Shown piece by piece: positions 13,704 to 26,033 of a stretch of DNA of 64,000 bases. The notes beneath the pieces were generated by a model. The model worked only from the letters and a program-made list of their open reading frames with translations, searched no databases and was not told the DNA's origin. Both the position numbers and the translations under genes were made by a program. Every line of letters starts with the position of its first letter. Positions within the stretch are counted from its first letter, which is position 1. Source of the DNA: Eledone cirrhosa (Eukaryota); contig OZ024744.1 of NCBI GenBank assembly GCA_964016885.1, positions 4,650,001-4,714,000 on the forward strand, in the 5' to 3' direction.

Positions 13704-15054
13704 GTAAGTTATAATTTAAACACTATTAAATTGTTCAGAAATAAATATAGGTTTTGAACATTAAATTTATAACGACTTACTTCAGTCCAGAATATTAAAC
13801 ATTATATGAAATACGACTTAACAGAAACCAAAATAAAATCCATTTGAATCCCACCATCTTTCCCACAAGATACATTGAAGAATGGACGAAATATTAAGGC
13901 TGTCTTTTAACAAAAGCAAAGAGAGATGGGCAAAATATTAATAGAAATACATATACGGTAGACATGTGACTGAATGTACTCAAAACACCTTTTAAAGTGT
14001 ACAACACCACATATATATATATGTGCGTGTGTACAAATATATATATACTCAGTTCTGAGCTGAATTTGTTGCTGTACCCCAAATACAGGAGTCGATGTCT
14101 CATCAGGTGGTGAGGTAACTCTGTACGTGTTTCAGCCTCTTCTACTGCGACACGAGAGTTACTCAGGTCCACCCTCCGATGTTGGCAAGGAAACTCCTGC
14201 TGCACAACACAATCTTAATTGAGTCTGATGTTCCACCTAAATGTATCAAGAGCACCATTCATTTCAATCAGATGTAATGACTCGCTTCCTCGGGTTTCTC
14301 AGAGTGTTCCCTTTCCTTTGCCACCAGTCCAAGTACCCTGAGGAGCGAGAGAGCCCTGGTTTCCACAAATCCTCTGACATGGAAACAGGATGCCTCCCAT
14401 TAGCAGGTTCCACAGAGTTCAACCAAATCACAGTACTTCCTGGAATTCCTGTTGAATGCCTCATGGCTGTTCCCCTCTCAAGGGACAGTTAACTTCACAG
14501 TTTTCACCAAGATCTATTCCATGCACCACAAGACAAGATGGAAAAAAGGGGGCAGTGGGATTTGCCATCCATGTTAAATGAGATCACCCAGATGCCCTGC
14601 AATTTTGTGTTAGTCGTATTTCTTATATCAAACTTGCAATGTTCTCCTTCTTTATAAAACTTGCCGTTGTTCAACCCCTTCAATCTAACACCCACTGTAT
14701 CAGCCAGTACTCTAAGCCATATATTTCTGTTCATCAGGGCCAGTGTTTCATGGTTCAAATCTTACCACATTTACGCAGGCCACTGTCTGCTAATTTCAAA
14801 AGTTTTAGATTTGTGTGACAGAGAAGCATAGCATAGAAAGCGTGAACCAGTGAAAAGGTTCTAGTTGGTTCAAACAACCACAACACCTTCTGCCCGATCT
14901 TCAACTCGACCAAAATCACCTCCCATGGTACACATATAGGATTGTTATTATTTTCTTTCGTATTTTTTTGCAGACATGACTCCAAGAGAGACCATTTTCC
15001 TCGACCTGTTCTTTTAGTGGAATAGGATGTGTGTGTGTGTGTGAGCAAGCATAA

Positions 15055-15410
15055 ATTCTTCTTCTTCTTACTTTTGCCAGTGATCCCAAAGCCTTGTCGT
15101 GCGTAGAGCCAACCAGGTTCACCAACGCCCTTCATCGCCTGTGTCAGCTCCTCTACATCCTGCTGTTGATGGGAACCAGTCGGTCTCCTTCCTGATCACT
15201 CGCAAGCAGCTCTCGGAGTTGCTTTAGAGCCGCTGGAACAGGGTGGTGATCTTGAAAGGCGTACCGACAAGCTGAAGAATTCCCCAGATGTATGCATGTT
15301 TGATCGTGTCGAAAGCCGCCTTGACGTCGACGAAAGTGACGAAGAGGCAGCGATCACTCCTGAGATCTTTCGATAATGAGGCTGAGGGCAGAAATGTGGT
15401 TAGCAGTGGA
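15055..15410 (-). mobile_element. Internally deleted non-LTR retrotransposon (RT fragment plus 3' end)
   Basis: The minus strand encodes HISALSLIIER and CLFVTFVDVKAAFDTIKHAYIWGILQLVGTPFKITTLF, and ends in an (AAG)n tail near 15058. Confidence 0.7.
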
Positions 15411-15515
15411 AGTTATAAAGTGTGTGGTTACGATATTTCATAAGATTTTCTGCAACATATAAATATATATATAAGTATATATGTACACGCACACACACAC
15501 ACGCGCACACACACA

Positions 15516-15606
<91 letters not shown>

Positions 15607-15614
15607 ACAGACAC

Positions 15615-15643
<29 letters not shown>

Positions 15644-15648
<5 letters not shown>

Positions 15649-15760
15649 AAAATGCATGACCCTGACGGCAGAGATCAAGCCGTCTCGACGGCTATTTCTG
15701 GAGTCAGAAATAGCCATCGTACGGCTTTAGCTCTGCCGTCGGGGTCATACATTTTCCTAT
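15644..15760. repeat. Fold-back hairpin (arms ~57 bp, 4-nt loop) embedded in (TA)n
   Basis: ataggaaaatgcatgaccctgacggcagag...gctatttctg GAGT cagaaatagc...ctctgccgtcggggtcatacattttcctat. Confidence 0.9.
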
Positions 15761-15836
15761 TACCCATTCTACTACCCTAAGTATTGAGTACTCTGGTGCG
15801 TTATGGTCCATCTGGTTCCTTACCACAAATCCTTCG

Positions 15837-15950
<114 letters not shown>

Positions 15951-15956
15951 TTATAT

Positions 15957-15999
<43 letters not shown>

Positions 16000-16034
16000 C
16001 ACAGGATTACTAATATTCTGTATATATTTTTCAG

Positions 16035-16085
16035 ATGGCCCTTCCACTGTGACACCAATCAAGCATACACGTACTTTTAAAAAGC
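16035..16085 (+). CDS. Putative micro-exon F (51 nt, phase 1-1); [17 protein letters not shown]
   Basis: Acceptor tttttcAG at 16033-16034 and donor GTAAGTtataatttaaa at 16086, followed by the conserved intronic block. Open in phase 1. Confidence 0.72.
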
Positions 16086-16397
16086 GTAAGTTATAATTTA
16101 AACATTATCTTTTAACTTATTCAGTAATTAATTTAGGTTTTGAATAGTACATTTATAACGACTTATGTCAGTTTGAAATATTAAATATATTACAAACGCC
16201 TTACCACAGTCCAGAATAGTTTATTGATAAGATTAAAAACCATTAGAATCTATATATCATTGTAACAAGATACTAATTTATATAAGACGAATCACCAAAT
16301 GCATCGGTACGTCTTCCGCCAACATCTGGCCTGCAATTTCTTAGTCACTTTATGTACTTATTTGCACAACAAATTACTGACCTAATTTTTTTTCCAG

Positions 16398-16463
16398 GCG
16401 AGCTTTCCGTAAAATTTCCTATCAAGGAGTCGCACGCGCCAACTAAAAATATATTTACAACAT
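16398..16463 (+). CDS. Putative micro-exon G (66 nt, phase 1-1); xELSVKFPIKESHAPTKNIFTT
   Basis: Branch-point-like ctgac/ctaat upstream, ttttttttccAG at 16396-16397, and donor GTAAGTtaaattttaaa at 16464. Open in phase 1. Confidence 0.7.
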
Positions 16464-16579
16464 GTAAGTTAAATTTTAAACACCTATTAGTTTTTACGGA
16501 ATTGTATACTGTGATATTTTATTAATTGGAATAAAAACCACCAGAATCTACACAGCTTGCCAACAAGATGGATGTGTAC

Positions 16580-17222
16580 TTATTTATTCCGGGAAATAGA
16601 ATCCTTTAGTTTTAGAGGCGGTGAATTCATCAAAGATATATTTTGTAGCCGTTTGGTTGTTGAATTCTTTTCCTTTAACATGTTCTTGAAATGCATCAAA
16701 AAGTAATAAATAGCAAATAACAGTTGGCAAATTATTCGCTGAGTAAGCTGAATTACGCAGAATTTTGTAGCCCAAGCCATTCAATTTCCAGATTGTTGTA
16801 TGTCTGAAGTGAGTTTGGGCATTGTCGTGCAAGTAGATAGGAAATTTCTTCCATTGGCCAATGCTAGACACATACGCTATCTTTGTTTCATTGTGACAAT
16901 GCTTCTCAGCTGTGATTGTTTCGCCAAGATTCAGAAAGCTGCATTACATTAATTCGGATGCAGCCACCAAACAATTACCTTAGTCATCTTTTGTGGTTAT
17001 GTTGCTTTTTGAACTTGTAGAGGAGTTTTATTCCTGTCCAACCACCGTACTGAACCTGGTCAGTTTCTGTACAGGATTTACGTTTCATCGCATGTAACAA
17101 TGCCATCAAGAAATGAATAGTTTTCCTTGCACAAAAGAAACGAAGATCAAACTTCGAAACTGATTTCCTGTTGTTCATTCAATCCAAGTAGCACCCATTT
17201 TTCAAGTTTCTTTCACATTCCA
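16580..17222 (-). mobile_element. Degenerate mariner (Tc1/mariner, DD34D-type) transposase fragment
   Basis: IYLHDNAQTH...KLNGLGYKILRNSAYSANNLPT...KGKEFNN matches the mariner LLHDNARPH and PPYSPDL region. Frameshifted. Confidence 0.85.
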
Positions 17223-17227
17223 GCTCC

Positions 17228-17319
<92 letters not shown>

Positions 17320-17321
<2 letters not shown>

Positions 17322-17461
17322 CAAATTTAATATAGAAATGGCTTCTACAGGACTAGAATTGTTTCATTTGATGGAAGTTTAGTGAATTTAGTGGCCCTGG
17401 TGATTTCCTTTGAATGAAACAGTTCTATTCCTCTAGAAGCGATTTCTATATTAGATTTGTT
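17320..17461. repeat. Fold-back hairpin (arms ~57 bp) next to microsatellite
   Basis: aacaaatttaatatagaaatggcttctacagg...ggaa pairs with ttcc...cctctagaagcgatttctatattagatttgtt. Confidence 0.88.
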
Positions 17462-17684
17462 GTATACACTCTACTAATATATTGAGTAACTTAGTTGCTG
17501 TGGTTGCCTCCGATTCAACACGGGACTCTCATATATGTGCATATATATATATATGTATTAATAAGAGGAATTCCAACTTTGTCTGATTTACTCGTTTTAT
17601 TTACAATCCTTTAAAATTTATAATGGTATTATAATGAAATAGTATGATAGAATATTAAATTCTAAGTGTTGTTATTAATAACAA

Positions 17685-19062
17685 AAAACAAATCCTCGAT
17701 TCCCATTATGCCAAACCCATGACTTCCAAACATCTGATCCACCGAAACTCGGCTGTTTCGGACCATACCAAAATCAACATACTGATTGCGGATTTGGTAC
17801 AAGTGATGAGAAACGTGTCCCGCATGTGCAACCCCGAAGGACTAGAGAGACACATACAACACTTCATCCACCGTATGCAGTTCTCTGCTTACAATCAGAG
17901 AGATAGAATCAGAGTGTATAGAGGAACCAGAACCAAATGGGAAAAAATGGTAAATAATGACACAAATGGGACCTGCCCCTTGTATGGGAGCAAATTTTGG
18001 AATAGAATAGAAAGAACTAGGAATAAGGCTAATAGAATAAACTCATGGTATGATAGCAATAAATACCAGAGTGTAATGTTCATCGATACAACCCCTAGAG
18101 GTGAATTAGCTTACAAATTTAGAAGGGCCCTAGATAAGCATAAACTCAATATTAAGATAGTAGAAAGACCAGGTACCTCCGTAAAAACACTTATTAGCAA
18201 GACATACCCTTTCCAAAGACCGACCTGTATAGATAAGAAATGTATAACCTGTAAAATAAGCCCCCATATTAACTGTAAAACTAGAAATGTAGTGTATAGC
18301 ATAAGATGTACTGAAGGATAATGTAGAGACAAAAATATAGTGTACATAGGTGAGACAGTTCGTAGTGTAGGGGAACGGATAAATGAACACTGGCGAGACC
18401 TTCAAGATAGTAAAGAATCATCTGTACTCTACCAACATGCTAAAATAGAACATAAGGGTAAATTAGAGAACATAGAAATAAAATAGAATCTACACACAGA
18501 AAAGACGCAATGTTTAGACAAATCACAGAGGCAATAAACATAAAAGAATTACAACCAAAATTAAATAGAAAATATGAGTGGAACAGCAACATCACAACTT
18601 ACAATTAAGGACAAAATGAAAACACACACACACATAGAACAAACAACCAACCGGTAACATGTAAATAAACAAATAAATAAACAAATATGAACACACACAG
18701 ACACCCAGACGTGGCGCATGCGCAGACTGAGCACACAACACATACACATAAACAAAATGGCGTAGGACAGAACAAAGGAGAGGCACAAAAACAAAGAAAA
18801 TAATCCCCAGTCACTGAAGAGGTCACATAATGTGTGACGAAAGAACTTTGACAATATATAAACAACTATCTGGTTGTGGAACCAACCAACCAACCAGAAA
18901 TTTATAAATTCCTGAATTTATAAATTTATTATAATAAATTGAAGTGAAAGCAACCGGTGCGTGTGTTTCTTATTGGCAACATGACCCTCCCAAAGTATAA
19001 CAATATCGGTTTCAACACACGATTTCAGATAAAGAATCTTGCTAAACAAATTCAGAAACGAA
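17685..19062 (+). mobile_element. 5'-truncated Penelope-like element (RT thumb, GIY-YIG endonuclease, pLTR)
   Basis: ORF 17719-18321 (HYAKPMTSK...CIDKKCITC...CKTRNVVYSIRC), then past a stop IVYIGETVRSVGERINEH. A hammerhead lies in the 3' repeat. Confidence 0.88.
18810..18852 (+). ncRNA. Minimal type I hammerhead ribozyme (Penelope pLTR)
   Basis: Stem I GUCA/UGAC; core CUGAAGA; stem II GUCACAU/GUGUGAC; GAAA; minimal stem III G-AA-C; cleavage triplet CUU. Confidence 0.65.
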
Positions 19063-19192
<130 letters not shown>

Positions 19193-19206
19193 ATATATGT
19201 ATATGA

Positions 19207-19536
19207 TTAAGAGCTCCTTTTCCCTTTGAGAGGTTTTGTTTTTAGTCCTGCAGGATGTCCAAAGTCACCCTCCTCACCAAGAAACCTTGGTGGGGTGGTG
19301 GGGTTGTCAGTTTAGTCGCCAACGCCCCGACCATGAGACAGATTGTACCGGGATACATGGGACATACATACATACATACATACATACATACATACATACA
19401 TACATACATACATACATACATGTATGTATGTAAATACATATAAGTATGTATGTAAATACATATATGTATGTATGTAAATATATATATGTATGTATGTAAA
19501 TATATATATGTATGTAAATATATATATGTATGTATG

Positions 19537-19587
<51 letters not shown>

Positions 19588-19944
19588 AAAAAGAGATGAA
19601 ATCGAAAATGCAACTGAAGTCTTATTTTTTAAAAAAATATATATATTTATTTGGTTCCTTTACCGGTTTCGGAGTTCTTCACATGTGAGAAAAACCACAG
19701 ACCCTCCATCTCAACTCACCTTTTGAAACGCAGAAGAACTGCGAAACCGGTAAAGGAACCAAATAAATATATATATATTTTTTTTAAATAAGACTTCAGT
19801 TGCATTTTCGATTTCATCTCATTTTCTTTATACTTCCACTCGTGTAGGACACCTCGGTTATTTTTCATTTTGTAAAAAAAACCTCACTTTCTAATATATA
19901 TATATATATATACATATATACATACATATATATATATCTATCTA

Positions 19945-20034
<90 letters not shown>

Positions 20035-20205
20035 AGGTCATCAGTTGGTGCTACTGGTAACATGTATCCCAGTACAACCTGTGTCATGGTCGGGTCGTTG
20101 GCGACTAAACTGGCAACCCCACCAAGGTTTCTTGGTGAGGAGGGTGACTTTGGACATCCTGCGGGACTAAAACCAAATCCTGTCAAAGGGCAAAGGACCT
20201 CTTAA
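19207..20205. repeat. Inverted pair of a ~150-bp element (19207-19359 vs 20061-20205), probably a LINE 5' UTR
   Basis: caggatgtccaaagtcaccctcctcaccaagaaaccttggtgggg...cagtttagtcgccaacg is the reverse complement of 20095-20163. Confidence 0.85.
19593..19820. repeat. Fold-back repeat (arms ~88 bp) with a hammerhead-like motif at 19719-19756
   Basis: gagatgaaatcgaaaatgcaactgaagtcttattt...ttggttcctttaccggtttcg and its reverse complement. The right part reads CCUU-UUGAAAC-GCAG..CUGC-GAAACCGGUA-AAGG. Confidence 0.85.
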
Positions 20206-20807
20206 GAATCAATGGCCATCCAAAATCACTGGGAGAGATGACCCCTTAGCCTTTGTCAAGGCAGAATTCTAGGAGAAGGAAAACTCTGATATAACACCTG
20301 CAACCCTGATGGTATCCAATGATGTTGACTTGTTCTTTTTGGTAAATATAATCTTGGTCAAGAGAGTGGGACTGATTTTGTGCAGTGCCTTTGCTCACTA
20401 TAAAAGCTTCATGGCACAGGCATTGCTTTATATCTGGAGATCTCTCTGCACTTGTCGTCACATGGGACCATGGGCCCAGCACTATGTTTCAATAATTGTC
20501 ACAAGTGTAGTGTTTGTACCAGAGTTTTCAAGTTGCTGGCTGGACTAAAAAGTCACACTCATTCAGCGCATCGGTAGGGGTTCTCCTACATGGATATAAA
20601 GTAGTGGCTGTACTCGAAAACGAGTTGGCAGCCACCATATATATATATATATATGTATATTATTATTGTTGTTGTCGTTATTATTATTGTTGTTATTATT
20701 ATTACTATTATTGTTATTAATATATATATATATATATGTGTATATATATATATGTTTTTTTTTCTCGTGCAATGGCCATACTCGATAACGAAGGGGAAGC
20801 TATCATA

Positions 20808-20852
<45 letters not shown>

Positions 20853-20890
20853 GAGAAAGGGAGAGAGATAGAAAGTGAGAGAGAGAATGA

Positions 20891-20989
20891 GAGGCTCGTC
20901 TGGAAAAAATAACGAAGAAAATAATAGCAAACCCTCTCTCTCTCTCACTTTTTCCTTATTTTCTTCGTTATTTTTTCCAGACGAGCCTC
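20891..20989. promoter_or_regulatory. Perfect 34-bp inverted repeat covering the 3' splice site of exon H
   Basis: gaggctcgtctggaaaaaataacgaagaaaataa (20891-20924) is the exact reverse complement of 20956-20989. A regulatory role is inferred only. Confidence 0.6.
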
Positions 20990-21043
20990 ACGTAGAGACT
21001 CCGGTCAATGATACATTCGTGAATGACTGTACATATACACAGT
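20981..21043 (+). CDS. Putative micro-exon H (63 nt, phase 1-1, GC donor); xEPHVETPVNDTFVNDCTYTQ
   Basis: Acceptor ttttttccAG at 20979-20980. The donor reads GCAAGTtataatttaaa at 21044, a GC variant of the family donor. Open in phase 1. Confidence 0.6.
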
Positions 21044-21240
21044 GCAAGTTATAATTTAAACATTCACATTTTCAAAAACTCTTCTAATGCTTACTCCTAG
21101 ATCTCCTTTAAGCTCTCAAACAGCTGTGGGGGGATTTGCTTTCACCAAAGTCTTCAAGTTATCCACCTTCCTTATTTCCTTGTCCTCAAGAATTAATTCA
21201 CCACAATGGGACTTTTGGAAACCATATATATATATATATA

Positions 21241-21421
21241 GAAGTTAGTTCCAAGAGGTCACGGGTTTTACCTTGCGGATTTTCAACTCGAGTAACTGGG
21301 CTATAGCCGAAGAACGGAAGGCTACCGTTCTTCGGCTATAGCCCATACACTCGAGTTGAAATCTGCAAGGTGAAACCCCTGTCCTTGAAAATGGTTTATT
21401 ATCTGTTGTGGAACTAACTTC
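21241..21421. repeat. Fold-back hairpin (arms ~55 bp, plus outer 12-bp IR) following (TA)n
   Basis: gggttttaccttgcggattttcaactcgagt..tgggctatagccgaagaacgg / ccgttcttcggctatagccca..actcgagttgaaatctgcaaggtgaaaccc. Outer gaagttagttcc / ggaactaacttc. Confidence 0.88.
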
Positions 21422-21603
21422 GAAGGAAACTCGTCCATGGACTGAGTGCTCTACTACTGCGACTATAACCTCCGTGTTCTACATATAAATATATGTATTT
21501 ATATTTGTGTGGGGTTTTGCATGTATACTTATGTGCCTATTGTTCAATCGTATATCTTCATTTAATTTTTATTTTTTTCTTATTTTAGCCAATTCTTCCC
21601 CAG

Positions 21604-21651
21604 ATTCGTTTGACTAGGATTCTCCCATATTTGAGCATACAACTATGGAAG
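21604..21651 (+). CDS. Putative micro-exon I (48 nt, phase 1-1) with an in-frame TAG at 21615-21617; xSFD*DSPIFEHTTME
   Basis: Acceptor ttcttccccAG at 21602-21603 and donor GTAAGTtgtaatttaaa at 21652. Same architecture as the other exons, but with one stop in the shared frame. Confidence 0.5.
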
Positions 21652-22137
21652 GTAAGTTGTAATTTAAACTCACTTTTATAAAATATATTGTATATTTAAA
21701 TGTATTATGTCATTCTTTCATATTCATTTATATGTTATATATACCTGTGTTTTTTTATGTTGAGATAGGTCAAAAAGCATTTAAATAATAAATATGTACA
21801 CCATTTTTAATTGTAACAAACTCTCAACGTCTTGTTAAATTTAAAATTTCTGATATTGACATCCATATCAAAATAATCTAAAGACATTAAAAGACCATTC
21901 ATTGACTTATTGAACCACGGCGACTGAGGAAGGTCCACAGCTGCATTTTCCTACAAGATGTTCTACAATAACATTAGTCCTAAATTGTTAATCAGTTTTT
22001 TTTTTCCGCCACCCTTTCGGACCTCACAGACTACTAAATTCATAATTTCAAATCCCGCGAGCTTAGCAATATTGAAATAAATTAGAATTATCAAGAATAT
22101 AAAACGACCGCAGTTGAAAGGTATATACAAATACACA

Positions 22138-22442
22138 TCTACACTTTAGCCGTCATTTTTACGGCACGGGGTCAGCTAGTCTACTAATATAAAAGCCGAG
22201 TGTATTTGTCCGGAACGCTCGAGAGATGTGGAAAAAGGAAGGGGTGGTTACGTTGACTGAGGAAGGAGGGTGTGAGAAACTATAGAAGTCAAGTATTCTA
22301 AGATTCGTCACAGCTGAGTGTTTGCATGTTCGTATCACTTGTGTGAGTGGGCTCGAAGGAAGCAACCAACCAACAAACGACTCTTTTTTATATTATATAT
22401 AGATATTACAATTAGCCGTCATTTTTGACGGCATGGGGCTAG
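22138..22442 (+). mobile_element. Head-to-tail pair of non-autonomous Helitrons (42 bp + 263 bp)
   Basis: A^TC start at 22138. The hairpin gccgtcattttt(g)acggc followed by CTAG occurs at 22176 and 22439. The second unit starts TCTACTAATATAAAAG. The insertion sits between A and T with no TSD. Confidence 0.75.
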
Positions 22443-22533
22443 TTGTTAAATAGCATACGAAACAATTATAGTTGTCCACTTATCACATTATATATACATG
22501 TAAGTTTACTGTGATTTTTATGTTTGTTTTCAG

Positions 22534-22541
22534 ATATGTAG
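22534..22541 (+). CDS. Putative terminal exon, coding part (x-Met-stop), followed by a 3' UTR
   Basis: Strong acceptor tttgttttcAG at 22532-22533. Phase-1 reading is AT ATG TAG. No family donor follows, and AATAAA lies at 22729-22734. Confidence 0.4.
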
Positions 22542-22979
22542 AACGATAAGAGATTGAACAAAATGAATACGATAAGAAATTGTATAAAAACCTGTGTCTA
22601 CTATTAGTGAACATAGAGTAAATATGGGATATTTTAGGAGAAAAAAACATTTCAAACGTACAGAGAATCTACCACTGTAAATTATTTCGAATATTAACTG
22701 ATTTGATATCTAACACAGTTAATTTAAAAATAAATGGATAAATGTAGACATATATGGAAAATCTGAGGAAGTACTAATGAATGTTATCCACCATTTTTCG
22801 ATATTTCGGTCCTCTCTCTTTCAATCTCTCTCCCTCTCACTCTCTCTTTCTATCTATCTCCGTCTCACTCTCTCTCACTCTCGCTCTCCATTTCTCTCCA
22901 CCCTTCACGACCCCTCCCCCATTGCTTTCAATCTGTATTTTTTATTTGTTTTTCGTTTTTTTATTTTGACTACCGTCTC

Positions 22980-24610
22980 CCCTTAGGACACCCCTTTCCC
23001 ACTCCCCGTCCCTACTATACCTAACCTGTAATCCTTCCTCCACCAACTCCACACCCACCTCAAACACCACCTCACACTTCTCCTCCCTCCATGCTACCTC
23101 CAACCATCCCTCCCACCCTCCCTCTAACTCTCCTACCACTTCTTTGCTAAGACCCGGCTCTCCAGCCACATCCGCTGCCTCCATCTACTCCTCATCCCCC
23201 CGGATTTCGGCTCCATTTCCACGCCTCCCCCCTCTCATTACTCCCAACCCAACACATTCTTACCCGCTCCTCCCATCTCCTCTTGTACGTCTCAATCTGC
23301 TCCCCCCTCTCTACATCCGCAACCTCGACCACAACCTACCCCAAACCCTTCTTCACCTCAACTCCACTTCCTCCCACCTCACCAGCTCCATCCTTCTTTT
23401 CATCCATAACCTCAACCATGATCTCTTCTCCTTCCTCACCTCCACCAAGCTCTACAAATTCAACTCACTCTTTCTCCCAACCACCACAAACCCACCTCTG
23501 AGACCCCTCCACCCCCACCAAACCCCTCCACCCACATCTAACCCATCCACACCCACCAAACCCCTCAACCAGCACCTAACACCTCCACCACCACCTAACA
23601 CCTCCACCCCCACCCAACGCCTGCACCACAATCTAACCCCTCCACCACCACCTACCCCTCCATCCACCCCAACCCACTCAACCTCACACACCCACATCAC
23701 GCCACCCAACTAGCCTCCACCCAACTAACCCCCTTACCACCTAATCCACCCCTACTACACCACACCCCACATAATCCCCCATCCCCACACCACCCTCCAC
23801 CCACACTTAACCCCTCACATTCGTCGCCCCCATCCTCACCCACACTTAACCCCTCACACCCGGTACCACCACCCATCCACACCCACTTAAACCCTCACCA
23901 CCTACCACACCCCGACACACCCACTTAATCCCTCACCCCGTCACCCCCACTCCCACTTAACCCACTTACACACACACACTTAACACATCGCACCCGACAC
24001 CCCCACGCGTCCATCCATCAACCCCTCCACTCCCACTTAACCCACACGTAACCTCTCACACCTGTCACCCCTACCCCTCCGCTCCCACTTAACCCCCACT
24101 TAACCTCACACTCGTCACCCCCACGCTCCATCAGCACTTAACCCCTCACACCCGTCACCCCCGTCCTTCCAACACCACCCTCTGCTCCCACTCTCCCGAA
24201 TTGACCACTACTTCCGGTTGCGTGTGCCACACTGCCATTTCACTTCCTCATTACCATTTTACTCTCGCTCCAGCTTTATCTTTACCCCATGATACCATCG
24301 ACCTCTTCTACACATACACCTTACCTTCCACCACCCCTGCCCAGACTCTCACTTTCTAGCTTCCCCACCCTTTCTCTTCGCCTCCACCCACTGCTATACA
24401 CACTACCACACCCTTGCCATCCTCGACCTATACACCCCTTCCAACTCCCTTTATTTTCACTTTTTAAAAAATCTGTTTTTTGTATATCTATTTTTATTTT
24501 TCCTTCTTTACATGTTCTTGTTTACTTCTCTCCTTACAATCGTGCTTCAGTTCCTCTTGGAGTTCCTTACCTACCTTTTGTTTGTTCTTTCCAACTATGA
24601 CGACAGTGCT
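22980..24610 (+). mobile_element. Degenerate Penelope-like remnant (ORF N-terminal region plus C-rich low-complexity sequence)
   Basis: Translations KTRLSSHI, IPPGFRLHFH (across a frameshift) and ILLFIHNLNHDLFSFLTSTKLYKFNSL resemble PLE N-termini. A degenerate ccacttaacccctcacac repeat follows at 23790-24180. Confidence 0.45.
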
Positions 24611-24767
24611 GGCAAACCAGATGATGCTTGCTAAAGTAAGGGATGCTCCTTGTTTTTTTGTTTTTTTTTTGGGGGGGGGGTACGTTTGTTGACCCTTTCG
24701 TGTATATATATATATATATATTATAGATAACGAGGAATCAGTGATGCATCAAAACACATTTTGTTAA

Positions 24768-24848
24768 CATATTACATATGTTTCTCCGATGATCAGCTCA
24801 AGGCAGGATCTATTATAGATCCAACCTGACTCTACATCCTCAGATATA
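24768..24848 (-). ncRNA. Hammerhead-like motif with extended stem II, in a (TA)n-flanked remnant
   Basis: Minus strand UAUAU-CUGAGGA-(long hairpin including GGAUCUA/UAGAUCC)-GAAA-CAUAUG-UA-AUAUG. The stem II closing pairs are poor. Confidence 0.35.
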
Positions 24849-24936
24849 TTTGGCGTTTTCAAAGCATTTCATCTGATTGAAATCATTCGATCCGTTCCAT
24901 CGTCAACAATTGACATCATCCTGTTGATACGGCCAT

Positions 24937-24995
<59 letters not shown>

Positions 24996-25130
24996 AGTGT
25001 AATTTTCTACACAAAACGAAGGTTATAGAGAAAATTGAGGTTGGTAATGGCACATGGAATATATAAGAGACAGAATACTTTTTTGTGAAAAAACATAATT
25101 TTATAAGGTAAGGAAATAATAAAGGGTATA

Positions 25131-25180
25131 CAAAATGACCGGTTTCGATGGGTCTGCAAAAGCCATCTTTTCAAATGTTG
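25131..25180 (-). ncRNA. Mirror copy of the U3-A8 hammerhead (left-arm pLTR)
   Basis: Minus strand CAACAU-UUGAAAA-GAUGG...CCAUC-GAAACCGGUC-AUUUUG. Stem I has 5 of 6 pairs. Confidence 0.6.
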
Positions 25181-25637
25181 ATTAATATTAAGAAAAATTA
25201 ATAATACGAAGAGTTAAAATTTGAGACTTGAAAATTCAAGTATAAAATTCATTGTGGGATTTCATAGCAGTTTTCATCTAGGTAGCAACAACAGGTTGAC
25301 TGCCGTGTCCCTTTCTGGTAGTGAATGAGAAGTTATTTGGGGTGTGGGTTATTTTATAAAGGTCAGATTTAGCAATCACCAACTGGCCAGCTGCTGGTCA
25401 GTGAGGGGGTGGAAGCAATATACATACACATGTCTTCCTGTGGTGGGTAGGATAGTGGAGCGTGATAGAAAGGGATTTAGTGCACTTACACCTATATATA
25501 CACACACATACCTTCATCCACACATACATACATATACATATACATATACATATATATATATATATATACATATACACACATACATACACACACACATACA
25601 TATACATACACACATACACACACACATGTATACACAT

Positions 25638-25670
<33 letters not shown>

Positions 25671-26033
25671 CATACACACACACACATATACACATACATA
25701 CACCCACACACAGAAATGGCCTCCAAATATATATATATATATACATACATACACATATATTTTTTCCATAATATAAGAAGTTGGGGCAGTGAAATTAAAA
25801 TACAAGTCATTCTGATCACATTGAGTTCTTCATGTAGATTGGGCCCCGCAACCGACAGTGGTGAATTCTGTGTGCGCATATATATATATAGATATATGTG
25901 TGTGCACGTGCAGGGTTTAACATGGATGTGTTGGTCACACAAAGGCATGGTCTGTCAATGAATAAACCTGATTCTACAGAATTGGTCTCTGGTCTTTAAT
26001 AGTAGTTATTCCGTGCGTATGTGTGTTTATATT

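Noticed and set aside
14380-14950. Possible APE endonuclease remnant (GAVGFAI at ~14549)
   Set aside because: A single short motif. I could not trace other endonuclease motifs with confidence.
19255-19330. HDV-like ribozyme suggested by CCTCCTC in a putative LINE 5' UTR
   Set aside because: I could not build the nested double pseudoknot (P1, P1.1, P2, P3) by eye.
23144-24600. Pro-rich ORFs as an extensin or mucin-like gene
   Set aside because: C-rich low-complexity sequence attached to a decayed Penelope-like fragment, with no consistent frame.
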